A stretch of DNA of 64,000 bases from an uncultured bacterium (GTDB taxonomy: Bacteria; Verrucomicrobiota; Verrucomicrobiia; Limisphaerales; UBA8199). The stretch spans positions 77,556-141,555 of the forward strand of contig CAVQND010000024.1 of the NCBI GenBank assembly GCA_963713735.1. The letters run 5' to 3'. The position numbers and the translations under genes are program-made. Below are positions 35,329 to 45,942 of the stretch, one piece after another. The notes below the pieces were generated by a model, which did not search any database, was not told the DNA's origin, and was given only the letters and a program-made list of their open reading frames with translations. How positions within the stretch are numbered: position 1 is the stretch's first letter; each line of letters begins with the position of its first letter.

Positions 35329-37126
35329 TCACGAAATGTATTCCCGCAACCCTTCCTCAAAGAACCCGCCCGGCCAGGCCTTCACCAACTCGCCGCGCTG
35401 GTTCACGGGCATTTCGCGCACGAGGCTCCCATGGCCTGTGGGCTCGACATACAGCACGGCCACATCTTCCGGGTGAACCTGCGGCAGGCCCTTGGGGAGC
35501 CGACCGTTCTGGGTTTCCCGTACGCGGCGCATAAGCCTGAGAATCAAGTGCTCGCTGTGCGTCTCAAGCAGGAACGTGTTTTTTCTCTCGCCAAGGGCGG
35601 ACTCGATGAAAACGTCTCCCAGTTCGGCCTGAAGCGACGGATGAAGATGGAGTTCGGGCTGCTCGACAGCAATCAACCTTTCGCGGGAGGCCAGGGCTGT
35701 GACCAGGACAGGCAAAACTTGGCTGAGACCGAAGCCAATGTCCCTATGGCTGACAACGGTCCCGGACCTCGCCTCCTGAAATAAGAGCCTCTGTCAGCGT
35801 GGCTAACTCCGGGTGGTTCCGCAATGCCTCTTCTGCTGCTTGGTGCAGCGGACCGCCGTACGCGCCAGGCTGCTCTTTCAGAGCCTCGAGCCATTTCTCG
35901 GCCTCTACCATCTGCTTGGCAATGATTCGGTAATTCGTCCCCAGCCGTGCCGGCCCCAGCCATTCATTGAGAACCTCGACGACCGCCGGATCCTGCCGGG
36001 CCAGCTCCCAGGCGGCGCCGCCGCTCGCCAGCCAGTTGGGATCCTGATCCCGAACCCGAGGTGACATGGCGAGACGGAACGCAACGCAAGGGACCGAGGT
36101 AGGAGAGCTGTCGCAAAGCGGCCAGAATCTGCCTGACGCGGCCCGACAGGAGGCGGTTCAGGTCATACCGAATGGCTTGCGCCTCATCCCACCAGTCGGT
36201 ATCTTCCCGACATTCCTCACGTAGGAATCTGACCGGGTCAGACTCCATCTCGTCCTCCCATGCAGTCCAATCAGACCACGGATTCGCTGCGGTGTCTTCC
36301 AGCACAAGCCCATCAAGGCGGTATGCCCCCTCCTTCAGGACCGTGTCAAACCGTTGCCTCAAACGCGATAGTTCGCTTCTTGCCGACTCTGGATCGGACC
36401 TCGCCAGCGCCAGGCGGGATAGGAACGGATCGGCCTCGATCTTTTCTTGATGCCTGCGCTCCACCGATAGCTTCTGTTCGGCCGAGAGCTCACCGTCATT
36501 GTAAAGGGTTTCCTTAATGAAATTCGGTTGCAGCATGTCCTGCATCGAGTGGGCCATGACGTCACGGGTGATGACCTCGAGAAAGGGATGATCGAGATCC
36601 ACGGTTCTCACCTGAAAGACGCCGGCTTCCTTGCGCTCCAAGTCCAGAAGCCTGCGGCCGTTGACCAGCACTTCCAGGTGCAGGGCGCTGGCCCTCCCAC
36701 TCCGCCCGCCCCGCCCGGGCTGGCGGGCAGCCCTATCTGAAAGATCACACCAACGCGCTTTGCCGCTCGAAACGCCGCGCGCCAGGGGGCACTGTCGTTT
36801 GGTCTGTCCCATAACGTTCGTTCCGGGGCAGGCCTCTCGATGTATAAGGACACTCTGCGGTTGACTTCATGCCGGTGGACGTACTGCCGGAACCCCCCGA
36901 GATCAACGCACTCGCCGCCAAGGGCGGTCTGGTGCGCATCCAGCCTGCCGCTCTCGAGGCCGTGGTGAGCAAGCAACAGTGCGTGAATGATGCTCGATTT
37001 CCCTGAACTATTCGCGCCGAAGATCAGCGTAAGCGGCTTGATTGGCACCCGCTGTGTTTCACCGAACGCCTTGAAGTTGCCAATGCCCAATTCCGTAATC
37101 ACGCTGGCAGTATTGCTCGACCTCAT
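35329..37126 (-). CDS. ABC-type AAA ATPase (AAA_15/AAA_21, DUF3696-like), as found in PARIS/Septu/Gabija-type antiphage modules. Three frameshifts.
   Basis: Walker A LTLIFGANSSGKSSIIHALL. YLGPLRCVPSRH. C-terminal LIAVEQPELHLHPSLQAELGDVF...LLETHSEHLILRL. Split over ORFs 36608..37159, 35964..36812, 35744..36067 and 35329..35715. Confidence 0.6.
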
Positions 37127-37171
37127 TTTTTCTTCTAGCCTAAACTTCATAAACCCCATAACTCTTTAGTC

Positions 37172-38080
37172 ATGTTTGTGGAATTGCTCAGCCAGGGCGG
37201 CCTCTCTCTCGACCGCCTGCAGAGCTTTTGCCTCGTCGCCCAGGCCGGCGGAGTCACCAAGGCCGCTAAGGGCGACCCCGCCCGGCAAAGCCTCTTTAGC
37301 CGGCAGATCAAAGAGCTGGAAGGGTTCTTCGGGACCGAACTCATCCGGCGCAAGGGACGCGGCATCGTCCTCACCGATGCAGGTTCGCGCCTGAACGTCA
37401 TCGCCCGCGAGTGCTTTGCCTCATTCCTGGATTTCAAAAGCCAGTGCGAAAACCAGCCCGTGGAAGTGGTCATTGGCGCCGGGGAGAGCGTCATCCAGTG
37501 GCTCCTGTTGCCGCGCCTGGACCAAATCCGCGAACGCATGCCAAACGTCCGGCTCAAATTCCTGAACTTGCCCACCGGGGAAGCAGTGAAGCGCCTCACC
37601 GATGGCTTGATCGATTTCGCCCTGGTCCGCAAAGACGCGGTCACCCGCCCACTTCAGGCGAAAGCCCTTGGCGTGATGGGCTATTCCCTGTTCCTCCCGG
37701 CGCGTCTCCGCGCCGCCCACGGTCAAAAGGAAGGACTGAAGCTCCTCGCCGGCCTGCCACTGGCTACGCTCGAAGGGGAGGGCAGTTTCCGCAGTGTGCT
37801 CTCCGCCGTCGCCAGGAAGCAACGCGTGCAGGTGAACATCCAGGTTGAGTGCTCCTCCTTCCCCCTTGCAGCCCGCGCCGTGGCCGGAGGGAAGGTCGCA
37901 GCCATCCTTCCGAGCATCGCCGCCGCCGACCTGGAGGCCGCAGGGGTCGAGCAAGTTGCCGTCCCGTCTCTGAGGGCCTTCGACCGCGAAATGTCCCTCG
38001 CCACCAGCCCCCGCCTAATTCGTATCCGCCCGGTCCTCGAGAAAGTCGGCGCGGTGCTGCATCAGGTTTGCACCTTTTAG
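37172..38080 (+). CDS. LysR-family transcriptional regulator
   Basis: N-terminal HTH LSLDRLQSFCLVAQAGGVTKAA. LysR substrate-binding fold, about 300 aa. Confidence 0.8.
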   Translation: MFVELLSQGGLSLDRLQSFCLVAQAGGVTKAAKGDPARQSLFSRQIKELEGFFGTELIRRKGRGIVLTDAGSRLNVIARECFASFLDFKSQCENQPVEVVIGAGESVIQWLLLPRLDQIRERMPNVRLKFLNLPTGEAVKRLTDGLIDFALVRKDAVTRPLQAKALGVMGYSLFLPARLRAAHGQKEGLKLLAGLPLATLEGEGSFRSVLSAVARKQRVQVNIQVECSSFPLAARAVAGGKVAAILPSIAAADLEAAGVEQVAVPSLRAFDREMSLATSPRLIRIRPVLEKVGAVLHQVCTF

Positions 38081-39602
38081 ACCAACTCCAACTGGCGGTT
38101 GCGTTCGGGTTCGGGCTTTGCGAACTTCAGGAACCTTTTGATGCGGCCCGGTTGCGCCCAGTTGCATGTGCCTTCGACATTGAGTGATTTAAGGTACCGC
38201 TCAATGTGCGAAGAGCATAGTTGTTTGAGAAGGGACTCGGCTTCCTGGGCCGTAGAGCATGGGATGAACGAGTGCATCGCTTGATTCGGCTGCCAGGGTT
38301 TGCCTTCGACTGCCGAGAAAACCTGCGGAGCGAAGGTGTGCTTGCCGTAGGCTTCCCATACGACTTTATGCGGCGCGAAACTGTATCTGCCCACACCTAA
38401 GCACGCCCACCAGATGCCTCGCTTTATCCATGCGCCGAGCAGGCTGCCTTTCCGATTCTCCAGTGCCTGCCTGTGCAGATGAAGGTAAGAGCGCAAGGTG
38501 GGGTGCTGGTTCAGTTCTGCTTCGGTGAGGGGATTCCCTGTTTCGGGTGTTGTAGGGAAGCAGAATAAACCGCTGGGGCTTGGAAGCAGCGTTTCGGAAG
38601 CATTCCTTTGTCAGAAGCGGGAAGACAAACTGCCTTGGCAGGTGGTCCGGGTATTGGTCGAAAATAAAGGCATGGTTCGCCCCGCATGTGTTGACGCCCT
38701 GCCTGGGCTTCTGGTCGGCCCTGACGGTAATCGGAGCCGCTGCTCTAATATCGTCGAGATCGGCACGTTCGCCGGAGACTGACAGTGGAGCAGTGGCTTC
38801 GCCAATTGGGGCGGCGTACTGGCTTGCCCAGGATTCCCCTGTGAGGCTTTTGTATGGTATGGGGAATGCGTTCTGTTTGTCCCGATGGAATAAGGCGGCC
38901 CCAATCTCGAGTGAGGATGTCCGGAAAGATTTTCTGTAGGCGGAAATCCCAGATTTGACAGACCCGAAACTCGGAATTGCGGAGCCGGTATTTGCGGAAG
39001 CCGGCGTGCGCCCCGTCGTTGAAAAATAGAGAAAGCGGCAGGAAGAAGGCCGCCTCACTATTCCGCTCCAGGTTTTCGTTGAGGACCACGGCAATCACGA
39101 GCGCCGCCAGGTCAACTCTGGAACTGCCCAGAAGCACGGCCTGCATGTCCGCGACCAAACCGTAGTCCAAAAAGTGTGGCTTGGTTGCCTCCTTGTAGCC
39201 GGGTGGAAGATCGTTGAAGTTAACCCATGGCGGGTTCCCTATCAGAAAGTCGAATCTGCGCTTGGGGTTCGACAGTATTATATCGGCATGGATTAGGTTG
39301 CGTTTTGGGAAGTCCCTCCGGTACTTCAGGCGGAAACCAGCCTCGAACTCCCGGAGGAACTTTGGTTGCTGCTCCATTAAGTGTAGCCGAGACAGCATCT
39401 CGTCATCAACTTCAATGCCAATGGTCATGGCGGTGTCAACCAAGGCGTAGGCAAATGCTCCATTGCCGGCAGTGGGGTCGCATACCGTCGCGCCCTCAGC
39501 CCACCGGCGAACGACGTTGGCTTCGCCGACCAGCCATTTCGCCCAGCGGAGCGGCGTAAAAACGGCCCCGATTGGTTTAGCCGCCAAAGGTGAATCTTGC
39601 AT
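38077..39602 (-). CDS. N6-adenine DNA methyltransferase (gamma-class, TaqI-like) of a type II R-M system. Frameshifted.
   Basis: Motif I VCDPTAGNGAF precedes motif IV DFLIGNPPWV. The C-terminal target-recognition part lies in other frames (ORFs 38366..39094 and 38077..38496). Confidence 0.7.
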
Positions 39603-40245
39603 AGCCGCCGCGCTTAAAATTCTCGATTGCTTGAAGTCGCTTCTGCGCGTCTCTGCCGACCCGTTGGTAGTGTTTTATGGCGAGGTCGGTGAAGATGTCG
39701 TAAAAGGTCTTGATGCCACGATCCCACTCAATCTCGTCCCATACCTGGTTGATAGTATAGTTCAGGCGGACCTGGCCGGTGCCGAGATTCTCGATGCGAT
39801 AACTGTTCTCCGGAAGGAGGATGAACGGAGCAACACGGATGTACTCCAGGTCTCTTGCGTCCGTCTTTGTTGACGACTGGTTGTGACCGAACTCTGCGAT
39901 GATGAACTGCCCTTTGTCGTTCGCCAAAAACTTGAGCAGGTTGCCAACTGCGCAGATTCCGCCGTCAGAATACTTTGTCGTGTCGAGATCTTTCGTTTTG
40001 ACATCGATTCCAACGATGCGGTTCTCAATCGTAAAGCCGAAGTCGAAAATAGTGCGGCGACCGGGGAGGTTGACGGGCGCGAACCCGCAACGTTCACAGA
40101 TGGCGTGCCAGTTGTCCAATATTCTGCGCTCGATCATGGCTCCGAACGCACGGGAGTCTTCCCTGGCCGCCATCCCGGAGCGCAGCTCTTCAAAGAGGCT
40201 GACAAGTTCCTTCTCGATGGCTCCTGATATTTCTCGCAAATTCAT
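39577..40245 (-). CDS. Putative type II restriction endonuclease (PD-(D/E)xK-like), overlapping the methyltransferase start
   Basis: Position immediately upstream of and overlapping the MTase gene. FDFGFTIENRIVGIDVKTK is a plausible D...E.K core. Lower GC. Confidence 0.45.
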   Translation of the reverse strand: MNLREISGAIEKELVSLFEELRSGMAAREDSRAFGAMIERRILDNWHAICERCGFAPVNLPGRRTIFDFGFTIENRIVGIDVKTKDLDTTKYSDGGICAVGNLLKFLANDKGQFIIAEFGHNQSSTKTDARDLEYIRVAPFILLPENSYRIENLGTGQVRLNYTINQVWDEIEWDRGIKTFYDIFTDLAIKHYQRVGRDAQKRLQAIENFKRGGYARFTFGG

Positions 40246-40392
40246 TAATCGTCTCTTTTCGCATTTTATTCCTCCCCGGCAAGAAGGCGAGAAGGAAATT
40301 TGCTGGGCTGTTTTCGACGGAAGAGGCCTCAGCGGATTTTTCCAAAAAAGAGTGCGGACGAGTGCAGCGGGAGGGTGTTCATGTTGGGTTCC

Positions 40393-40873
40393 TTACCCAA
40401 GGCGGCGCCGTGCTTGCCCTGGATTATTTGGGTTCCAAGGCGCGATAATGGACGGGGCCGGGCTATCGCCCAATTCGGCGAAGAGAGCTTCGACGATGAG
40501 CGGTGGAGCGAAGACTTGCTCGAAGGCGTTTTTCAGGGTGCTGCTCAGGGAGAAGCTGATGAGGCGGTCTTCGGGTGGCGCAGCTCGGTAATTTTCCCGG
40601 CCTGATTGTGGCGCACCTCCCAGACCGGGGCCGGCGGGCCATGTCACCCGCCGCCCCCCTCTTGAGTCCGGCGTCGTTCAAGCGCTGCTCCCCGCCTTGC
40701 CACGCTCGCCACCAGGAGCGGAACCCGCCGCCGGTTTGGCCCAGCGGAAAGTAGGCGTTAAGGGTCAGGCGGTCCACGCAGTCATAGCTGGCTTCAATCA
40801 AGGACCCGTAATAGCCACCGAACTCATCCTGCGGTTTCATCTCCCACGCTAAACCCAAAAACCAACGACACAA
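40393..40873 (-). pseudogene. Frameshifted ORF pair of unknown function. Possibly a gene or transposase remnant.
   Basis: ORFs 40463..40873 and 40393..40647 are contiguous in different frames. No recognisable family. Surrounded by an AT-richer non-coding stretch. Confidence 0.2.
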
Positions 40874-41017
40874 ACCAGGACTTTAGTCCCAATGCCCAAT
40901 CGCTGTTGACAGCAGCGCCATCCACCAGGACAGTAGTGCCGGCCAGTGAAACAGAAGCAGGCTCTGCTGAAGAGCAACCCGCCGAGGGATAACTGGACGA
41001 GGGCGACGAAATAACGT

Positions 41018-41050
41018 CTCCCGTTTTGGGGAGGCCCAAAACCTCCCCAA
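41018..41050. terminator. Perfect 13-bp-stem hairpin (cgttttggggagg / cctccccaaaacg)
   Basis: Exact inverted repeat with a 7-nt loop in an intergenic AT-richer region. Confidence 0.35.
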
Positions 41051-41198
41051 AACGCAAATGGTGGACGCTTATTTCAGAGCCCTCTTATGCCTCAAAAACT
41101 TATCGGCCGAAGACCGGCGTCTCCGAGCCGTCTGTAACGTAATCGTGAGCTGGAAAAGCCCATTCCGCGATGAACCAAGACACTCCCAACCGACGTCC

Positions 41199-41220
41199 AG
41201 GATTAGGATTACGATTAGGA
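41199..41220. repeat. GATTAG hexanucleotide tract
   Basis: aggattaggattacgattagga. Confidence 0.8.
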
Positions 41221-41224
41221 GCGA

Positions 41225-42202
41225 CTACCCAAATCCCAAAAACAGCCCGGGGCCCCTTACGCCTTGGGCGCATCGAAGACGTTCCGAGAGTTCCTGGGGC
41301 GCAGCGAGTTCCGCTTTCCTGGGATTGAGGAGCTGGCGGAGATAGTTCAGGGCGTCGGGAATCGTCTTGACGGAACGGGGCAGGGTGGCGGCGCTGGCAT
41401 TGGCATGACCGCCGCCCTGGAGCGTCTCGGCCACCTTGAGCGCCTCGCCGCCGCGGCTGCGCAGGCTGGCGATAATAGCGCCGTTGGCGCGGCGGAAAAG
41501 CGTCAGGAGCACCGGGTAGGTCGAGGCCCGCTGCTCGAGCAATTGATGAACGATCAGATTGTTGTTGCCAATGACCGTATTGACAAAGCCCACGGCCGGA
41601 CTGAGGGGAACAATATTCTCCCTGCTCCAGGCCAGGCCAATGGGGTCCTCGATGCGGCGCTTGACCGCCATGACCTCGAGCAGCGGGTGATCGAGCAAGC
41701 TCTCGAGGCGGCCCTGGATCAAGGCGTGCAAATTCCAGAACTGGTAAATCTTGACCAGGTTGGCGTAGTCGCCGGCCAGCATAAAATCCGGGTCGTCCTC
41801 GAGAAACAGGTCGGCCACGTTGCTGAGGTGGACGAGGCGATCCAGGGCCGGGGAACCAAGGCCCTGTTGCTGGCACAGCTCATAGCAGAGCAGCCCCGCC
41901 GACTTGCCGATATCGTGGATGAGGAGGGCGTTGCGGGCTGGGAGTTCGGTGGCGTGATGGTCAATGATGGCCCAGTTGGGCTTGTCCAGCCGCGGTTCAA
42001 ACGTCAAATCGGTCACCCAGGCGGAGTGCTCGCGCAACTCGCGCTGCCGCCACGTGTGATAGTGGCAGGCCTCGAGGCGCACCTCGGCATTGAAGAGCTT
42101 CTGCGCCAGCCGGCGCAGCAGGACCCCGGCCACCAAGCCATCGAGATCGCTCTCATGGGTAATGATGACCTCGGGTCTGGGCAAACAAGTTGTCATTTGC
42201 AC
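41225..42202 (-). CDS. DHH/DHHA1 phosphoesterase (NrnA-like oligoribonuclease/pAp phosphatase)
   Basis: ITHESDLDGLVAGVLL, IIDHHATE (DHH motif), GGGHANASAA (DHHA1 GGGH motif). Confidence 0.75.
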   Translation of the reverse strand: MQMTTCLPRPEVIITHESDLDGLVAGVLLRRLAQKLFNAEVRLEACHYHTWRQRELREHSAWVTDLTFEPRLDKPNWAIIDHHATELPARNALLIHDIGKSAGLLCYELCQQQGLGSPALDRLVHLSNVADLFLEDDPDFMLAGDYANLVKIYQFWNLHALIQGRLESLLDHPLLEVMAVKRRIEDPIGLAWSRENIVPLSPAVGFVNTVIGNNNLIVHQLLEQRASTYPVLLTLFRRANGAIIASLRSRGGEALKVAETLQGGGHANASAATLPRSVKTIPDALNYLRQLLNPRKAELAAPQELSERLRCAQGVRGPGLFLGFG

Positions 42203-42354
42203 GACAATAATGGAATCTAACCCGACTGGCCAGAACCGAAACGAGGAAAGTGGCAGGGCCGCCCTAAACCTGCACGAAGCAGTTTAACCACAGAGAACGC
42301 AAAGATCGCAGAGAAACGATGGGGTCATGACTTGCCCGCCCACAAGATCGGGGC

Positions 42355-42425
42355 CTTTCCGGACCTCGGATTTCGGATTTCTTTTCGGACTTCGGACCTC
42401 GAACTTCGGATTTCGGGGCTCCGGG
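42355..42425. repeat. Degenerate tandem 9-mers TTCGGAyyy upstream of the dehydrogenase gene
   Basis: ttccggacctcggatttcggatttcttttcggacttcggacctcgaacttcggatttcgg. Confidence 0.6.
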
Positions 42426-42478
42426 GGTTGCCCTTTGAGGACATTGCCTGAAGGCGGTTTCTCTCGTAATAATGAAGG

Positions 42479-43848
42479 ATGAGAATGAAAGACGGCCTGA
42501 AATGCCATGTTGAGCGCGCCCTGGAGGCGACGGGGGAAACCCGTTGCCTGGAACTGGGTTGCGGCGTGCTGGCGAAGACGCCGGAGGTTTTCACCGGCCA
42601 GTTCGGTGATAAACCGCCGCTGGTCGTCGCGGACGAAACGACCTTCGCGGTCGCAGGGCGGGCGGTCCTGGAGGCCTTTCGCCAGGCCAGGCGCGCCGTG
42701 GAAGAACCCTACATATACAGGGATCCGCAACTTTATGCCGAGAACCGGTTCGTGGCGGCCCTCGAGGAGGTCTTGCGCGCGCGGCCCGAGGCCATTCCCG
42801 TGGCAGTCGGGTCGGGGACAATCAACGATTTGACGAAGCTGGCGGCCCATCGCGCGGGCCGCCGCTACATCGCCGTGGGGACGGCGGCCTCGATGGACGG
42901 CTACACCGCCTACGGGGCCTCGATCACTTACAACGGCTCGAAACAGACCTTCCCCTGCCCTGCCCCAATCGCGGTGGTGGCCGACCTGGAGGTCATCAGG
43001 GCGGCCCCGGCCGAGCTGAACGCGGCCGGCTATGCCGACCTGATGGCCAAGACCGTGGCAGGGGCCGACTGGCTGCTGGCCGATGCGGTGGGAACCGACC
43101 CCATCAACGCGGGAGCCTGGGACATCATCCAGGGCCGCTTGCGCGAGGTGCTGGCAAATCCGGCCGGGGTGCGCGCGGGCGACCTCGACACCCTCGAGCG
43201 GGTTGGCGCAGGGGTTGATGCTGGGCGGCTTTGCCATGGTCTGGGCCAGATCCAGCCGTGTCGCTTCCGGCGCCGAACACCTCTTCAGCCATATCTGGGA
43301 CATGGAGCACCACACGCACAACGGCAAAATTCCGTGGCACGGCTTTAAGGTGGGCATCGGCACGCTGGCCGTCACCGCGCTCTATGAGTGCCTGCTGTCC
43401 TTGCCGCTGGCCGAACTGGACCTGGACCAATGCTGCGCCCAGTGGCCCGACCAGGCCGCCCGCGAAAAGCAGATCCTCGAACTGTTCGCCGGAAGATGAT
43501 GCCCGGAACGTTGCCCTTGTCGAAAGCGGGGCCAAGGCCGTGGACCGGGCTGAACTGCGCCAGCAACTGGAGAAGTTGCGGAGGGCCTGGCCGCGCTTGA
43601 GCCAACGGCTGCGCGAGCAGTTGATTCCCTTCGACGAGCTGAAAGCAATGCTCCAGGCCGCCGGCGCGCCCGTCGAACCCGAAGACATCGGCATCTCGCG
43701 CCAACGCCTGCGACGCACGTATTGGCAGGCCCTCTTCCTGCGCCGCCGGTTCACGGCCTTGGACCTGGCCGCGCGCACCGGCACCCTCGACACCGCCCTG
43801 GATAAGCTCTTTGCGCCGGGAGGACGATGGGCAGCAGGCAAAGGATGA
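42479..43848 (+). CDS. Glycerol-1-phosphate dehydrogenase-like (AraM/EgsA) protein of the iron-ADH/DHQS superfamily. Two frameshifts.
   Basis: VGSGTINDLTK, AASMDGYTA, HLFSHIWDMEHHTHNGKIPWHGFKVGIG. Pieces lie in ORFs 42479..43348, 43083..43499 and 43231..43848. Confidence 0.6.
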
Positions 43849-43890
43849 AGGCATGAAGGATGACCCCTTCCACTTTTCATACTTCATACT

Positions 43891-45175
43891 TCATACTTCA
43901 TTCCCGCGGCTCTCACGCAGGGCCTTGAAGAGGGCCTCGAGGTTTTCCACGGGCGTGTTGCCCTGGAGGTTGTGCACCGAGTTGAAGACGAAGCCGCCCC
44001 CGGCATTGAAAAGCGAAATCCGCTCCCGCACTTCGCGATAGACCTGGTCGGGCGTGCCGAAGGCCATCGTTTTCTGCGTGTCCACGCCGCCGCCCCAGAA
44101 GACGAGGTCTTTGCCGAATTGACGTTTGAGGCCGGCGGCCTCCATCTGGGCGGCGGAGCATTGGACAGGATTGAGGATGTCGAAGCCGGCGTCGATGAAG
44201 TCGGGGATGAGCTGGTAAACCGAGCCGCAGGAATGAATGAAGGTCTTCCATCGGGAGCGGCGATGGATGAGGTCGGTGACCTGCTTGTGAAAGGGCTTGA
44301 ACAGGTCGCGATAGGCCTGCGCGGAGATAAACGGTCCGCGTTGCGTGCCGAAATCAGTGCCGGTAATCCAGGCCGCCTGGACGAGGTCCCCGAAAGAGGT
44401 CGATGAGCGTCTGGATATTCTGCAGGGCCAGGGCGCATTGGCGCTCGAATATGGAATAGACGTAATCCCGGCGGGTCTTGGTGGAAATGTACCACTCGGT
44501 GATGTCGCGGATGCCCTTGGGGTGCTTGAGCCATGGGGCGGGCACCTGGGCGATGTCGCCGAAGCCCGCGCCGGGGATGGTCAGGATGCAGCCGCAATGA
44601 GCGCGCTCCTGCACCCATTGCTTCTTCTCGCGGTAATAGGCCAGGTCGGCTTCGCCCAGCAAGCCAAATTCCTCGGTGTTGTCCTCGGGATTCAACCTGG
44701 CCTCATCAATGGGGTCCTGCTCGACAATGGTATCACAGAAATAGCCGCCCGCGGGCATGTGGCCCCTGGGGGGCGCGCTGGTGTCCCCTTCGGGGTAAAT
44801 GAACCAGCCGCCGTCCGGGGCGCGGGTGACATTGAAATTGCCCGGCACCAGGCAGCGGGTGCCGTCAAAGAGCGTAAAGGGCTTCCAGTCCTTGGATTCG
44901 GTGCCGAACATCGACCTTCGCGGCGCCACTCCGAGGACGTCGAGGCCCAAGGCTTCGCGGAGGGCGTCATCAATCTCGCCCAGCATCTGGTAAGGCTCGA
45001 TGACCCGCACCAGGCAGTCCGGTTGGCCCAGCACCAGGCGGCGCAGGCGCGTGACGGCTGAAACATGAATGCCGGTCACGGCCGTGCCGCCGAAGTCGGC
45101 CGCGACGCAGTCCGGTTGCTGGTGGTCGAGGGCGGCCTGCACTCGTTTGCGGGGGGTCCAATGTGAGGTGCTCAT
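43891..45175 (-). CDS. Uroporphyrinogen-decarboxylase (URO-D)-family protein. Frameshifted.
   Basis: URO-D/MtaA-like N-terminal region in ORF 44354..45175. C-terminal FGKDLVFWGGGVDTQ...GGGFVFNSVHN lies in ORF 43891..44145. Confidence 0.6.
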
Positions 45176-45261
45176 GGTTGCCTGTGTTACAGCCTGCGCC
45201 CAATTCAGTCAATTCAGGAATCGGCTTGTTGGGTGGGTGAAAGGAGGATAAGCTTTCAACG

Positions 45262-45477
45262 ATGAAGAACGAATTCACCGCCGAAATTCACCGCGAGGGC
45301 AAGTGGTTCGTGGCGTTCTGTCCGGAGGTGCCCGAGGCCAACGGCCAGGGGCGGACCAAGGAGGAATGTCTGCGGAGCTTGGCCGCCGCCATCGAGTTGG
45401 TCTTTGAAGAGCGGCGTGCGGCCTTCCGGCAACAGCGCCACGCGCAGGCCGAGGAAGCCATCGTCTCCATCGGATGA
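45262..45477 (+). CDS. hicB: HicB-family antitoxin
   Basis: MKNEFTAEIHREGKWFVAFCPEVPEANGQGRTKEECLRSLAAAIELVFEE. UPF0150 signature. Confidence 0.8.
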   Translation: MKNEFTAEIHREGKWFVAFCPEVPEANGQGRTKEECLRSLAAAIELVFEERRAAFRQQRHAQAEEAIVSIG

Positions 45478-45662
45478 AGCGGCGCGAACTGCTTCGGCAT
45501 CTCGAGGCGCACGGGTGCAGATTGAGGCGTGAAGGCGCCGGACACTCGCTCTACCACAATCCGGCCACGCACCAAATGCAGGCCGTTCCGCGCCACAACG
45601 AAGTGCCCGACATACTCGCCCGGAGAATCTGCCGCTGCCTTTCCATTCCCGACCCGAAGTGA
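45474..45662 (+). CDS. hicA: HicA mRNA-interferase toxin
   Basis: MKRRELLRHLEAHGCRLRREGAGHSLYHNPATHQMQAVPRHNEVPDILARRICRCL. 4-nt overlap with hicB. Confidence 0.8.
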   Translation: MKRRELLRHLEAHGCRLRREGAGHSLYHNPATHQMQAVPRHNEVPDILARRICRCLSIPDPK

Positions 45663-45699
45663 GCGGCTCCGGCACTGGTCCATCCAGGCTGGCACCTTG

Positions 45700-45942
45700 A
45701 CAAGCGCTGTCAATGTCGGGGAGTATGGGCGGCGATGCAAGCGCCGCCGGACAGCAAAGCAGAGGAATCGCCCCACGCTCATGTCTGGCCTGCGCCGGAG
45801 GCTGGAGACCGCATAACGACTTACCATTGGCGGTGGTTATCCTGGCAACTTGCGGTTGGTTTTTCGACTGCATGGGACAGCGGATTTTCGTGATTTCCCG
45901 CGAACCTGCGCTCAGGGAACTGCTCGGCGCGACCACTACCAA
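45700..45942 (+). repeat. Diverged (~90%) second copy of the promoter-proximal region and first ~45 codons of the MFS gene at 50164. Left boundary of the accessory island.
   Basis: Alignable base-for-base with 50124..50362 (ccttgacaa...gggagtatgggcggcgatgcaagcgccgccggacagcaaag...cagggaactgctcggcgcgac). Encodes AVVILATCGWFFDCMGQRIFVISREPALRELLGAT. Confidence 0.7.
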
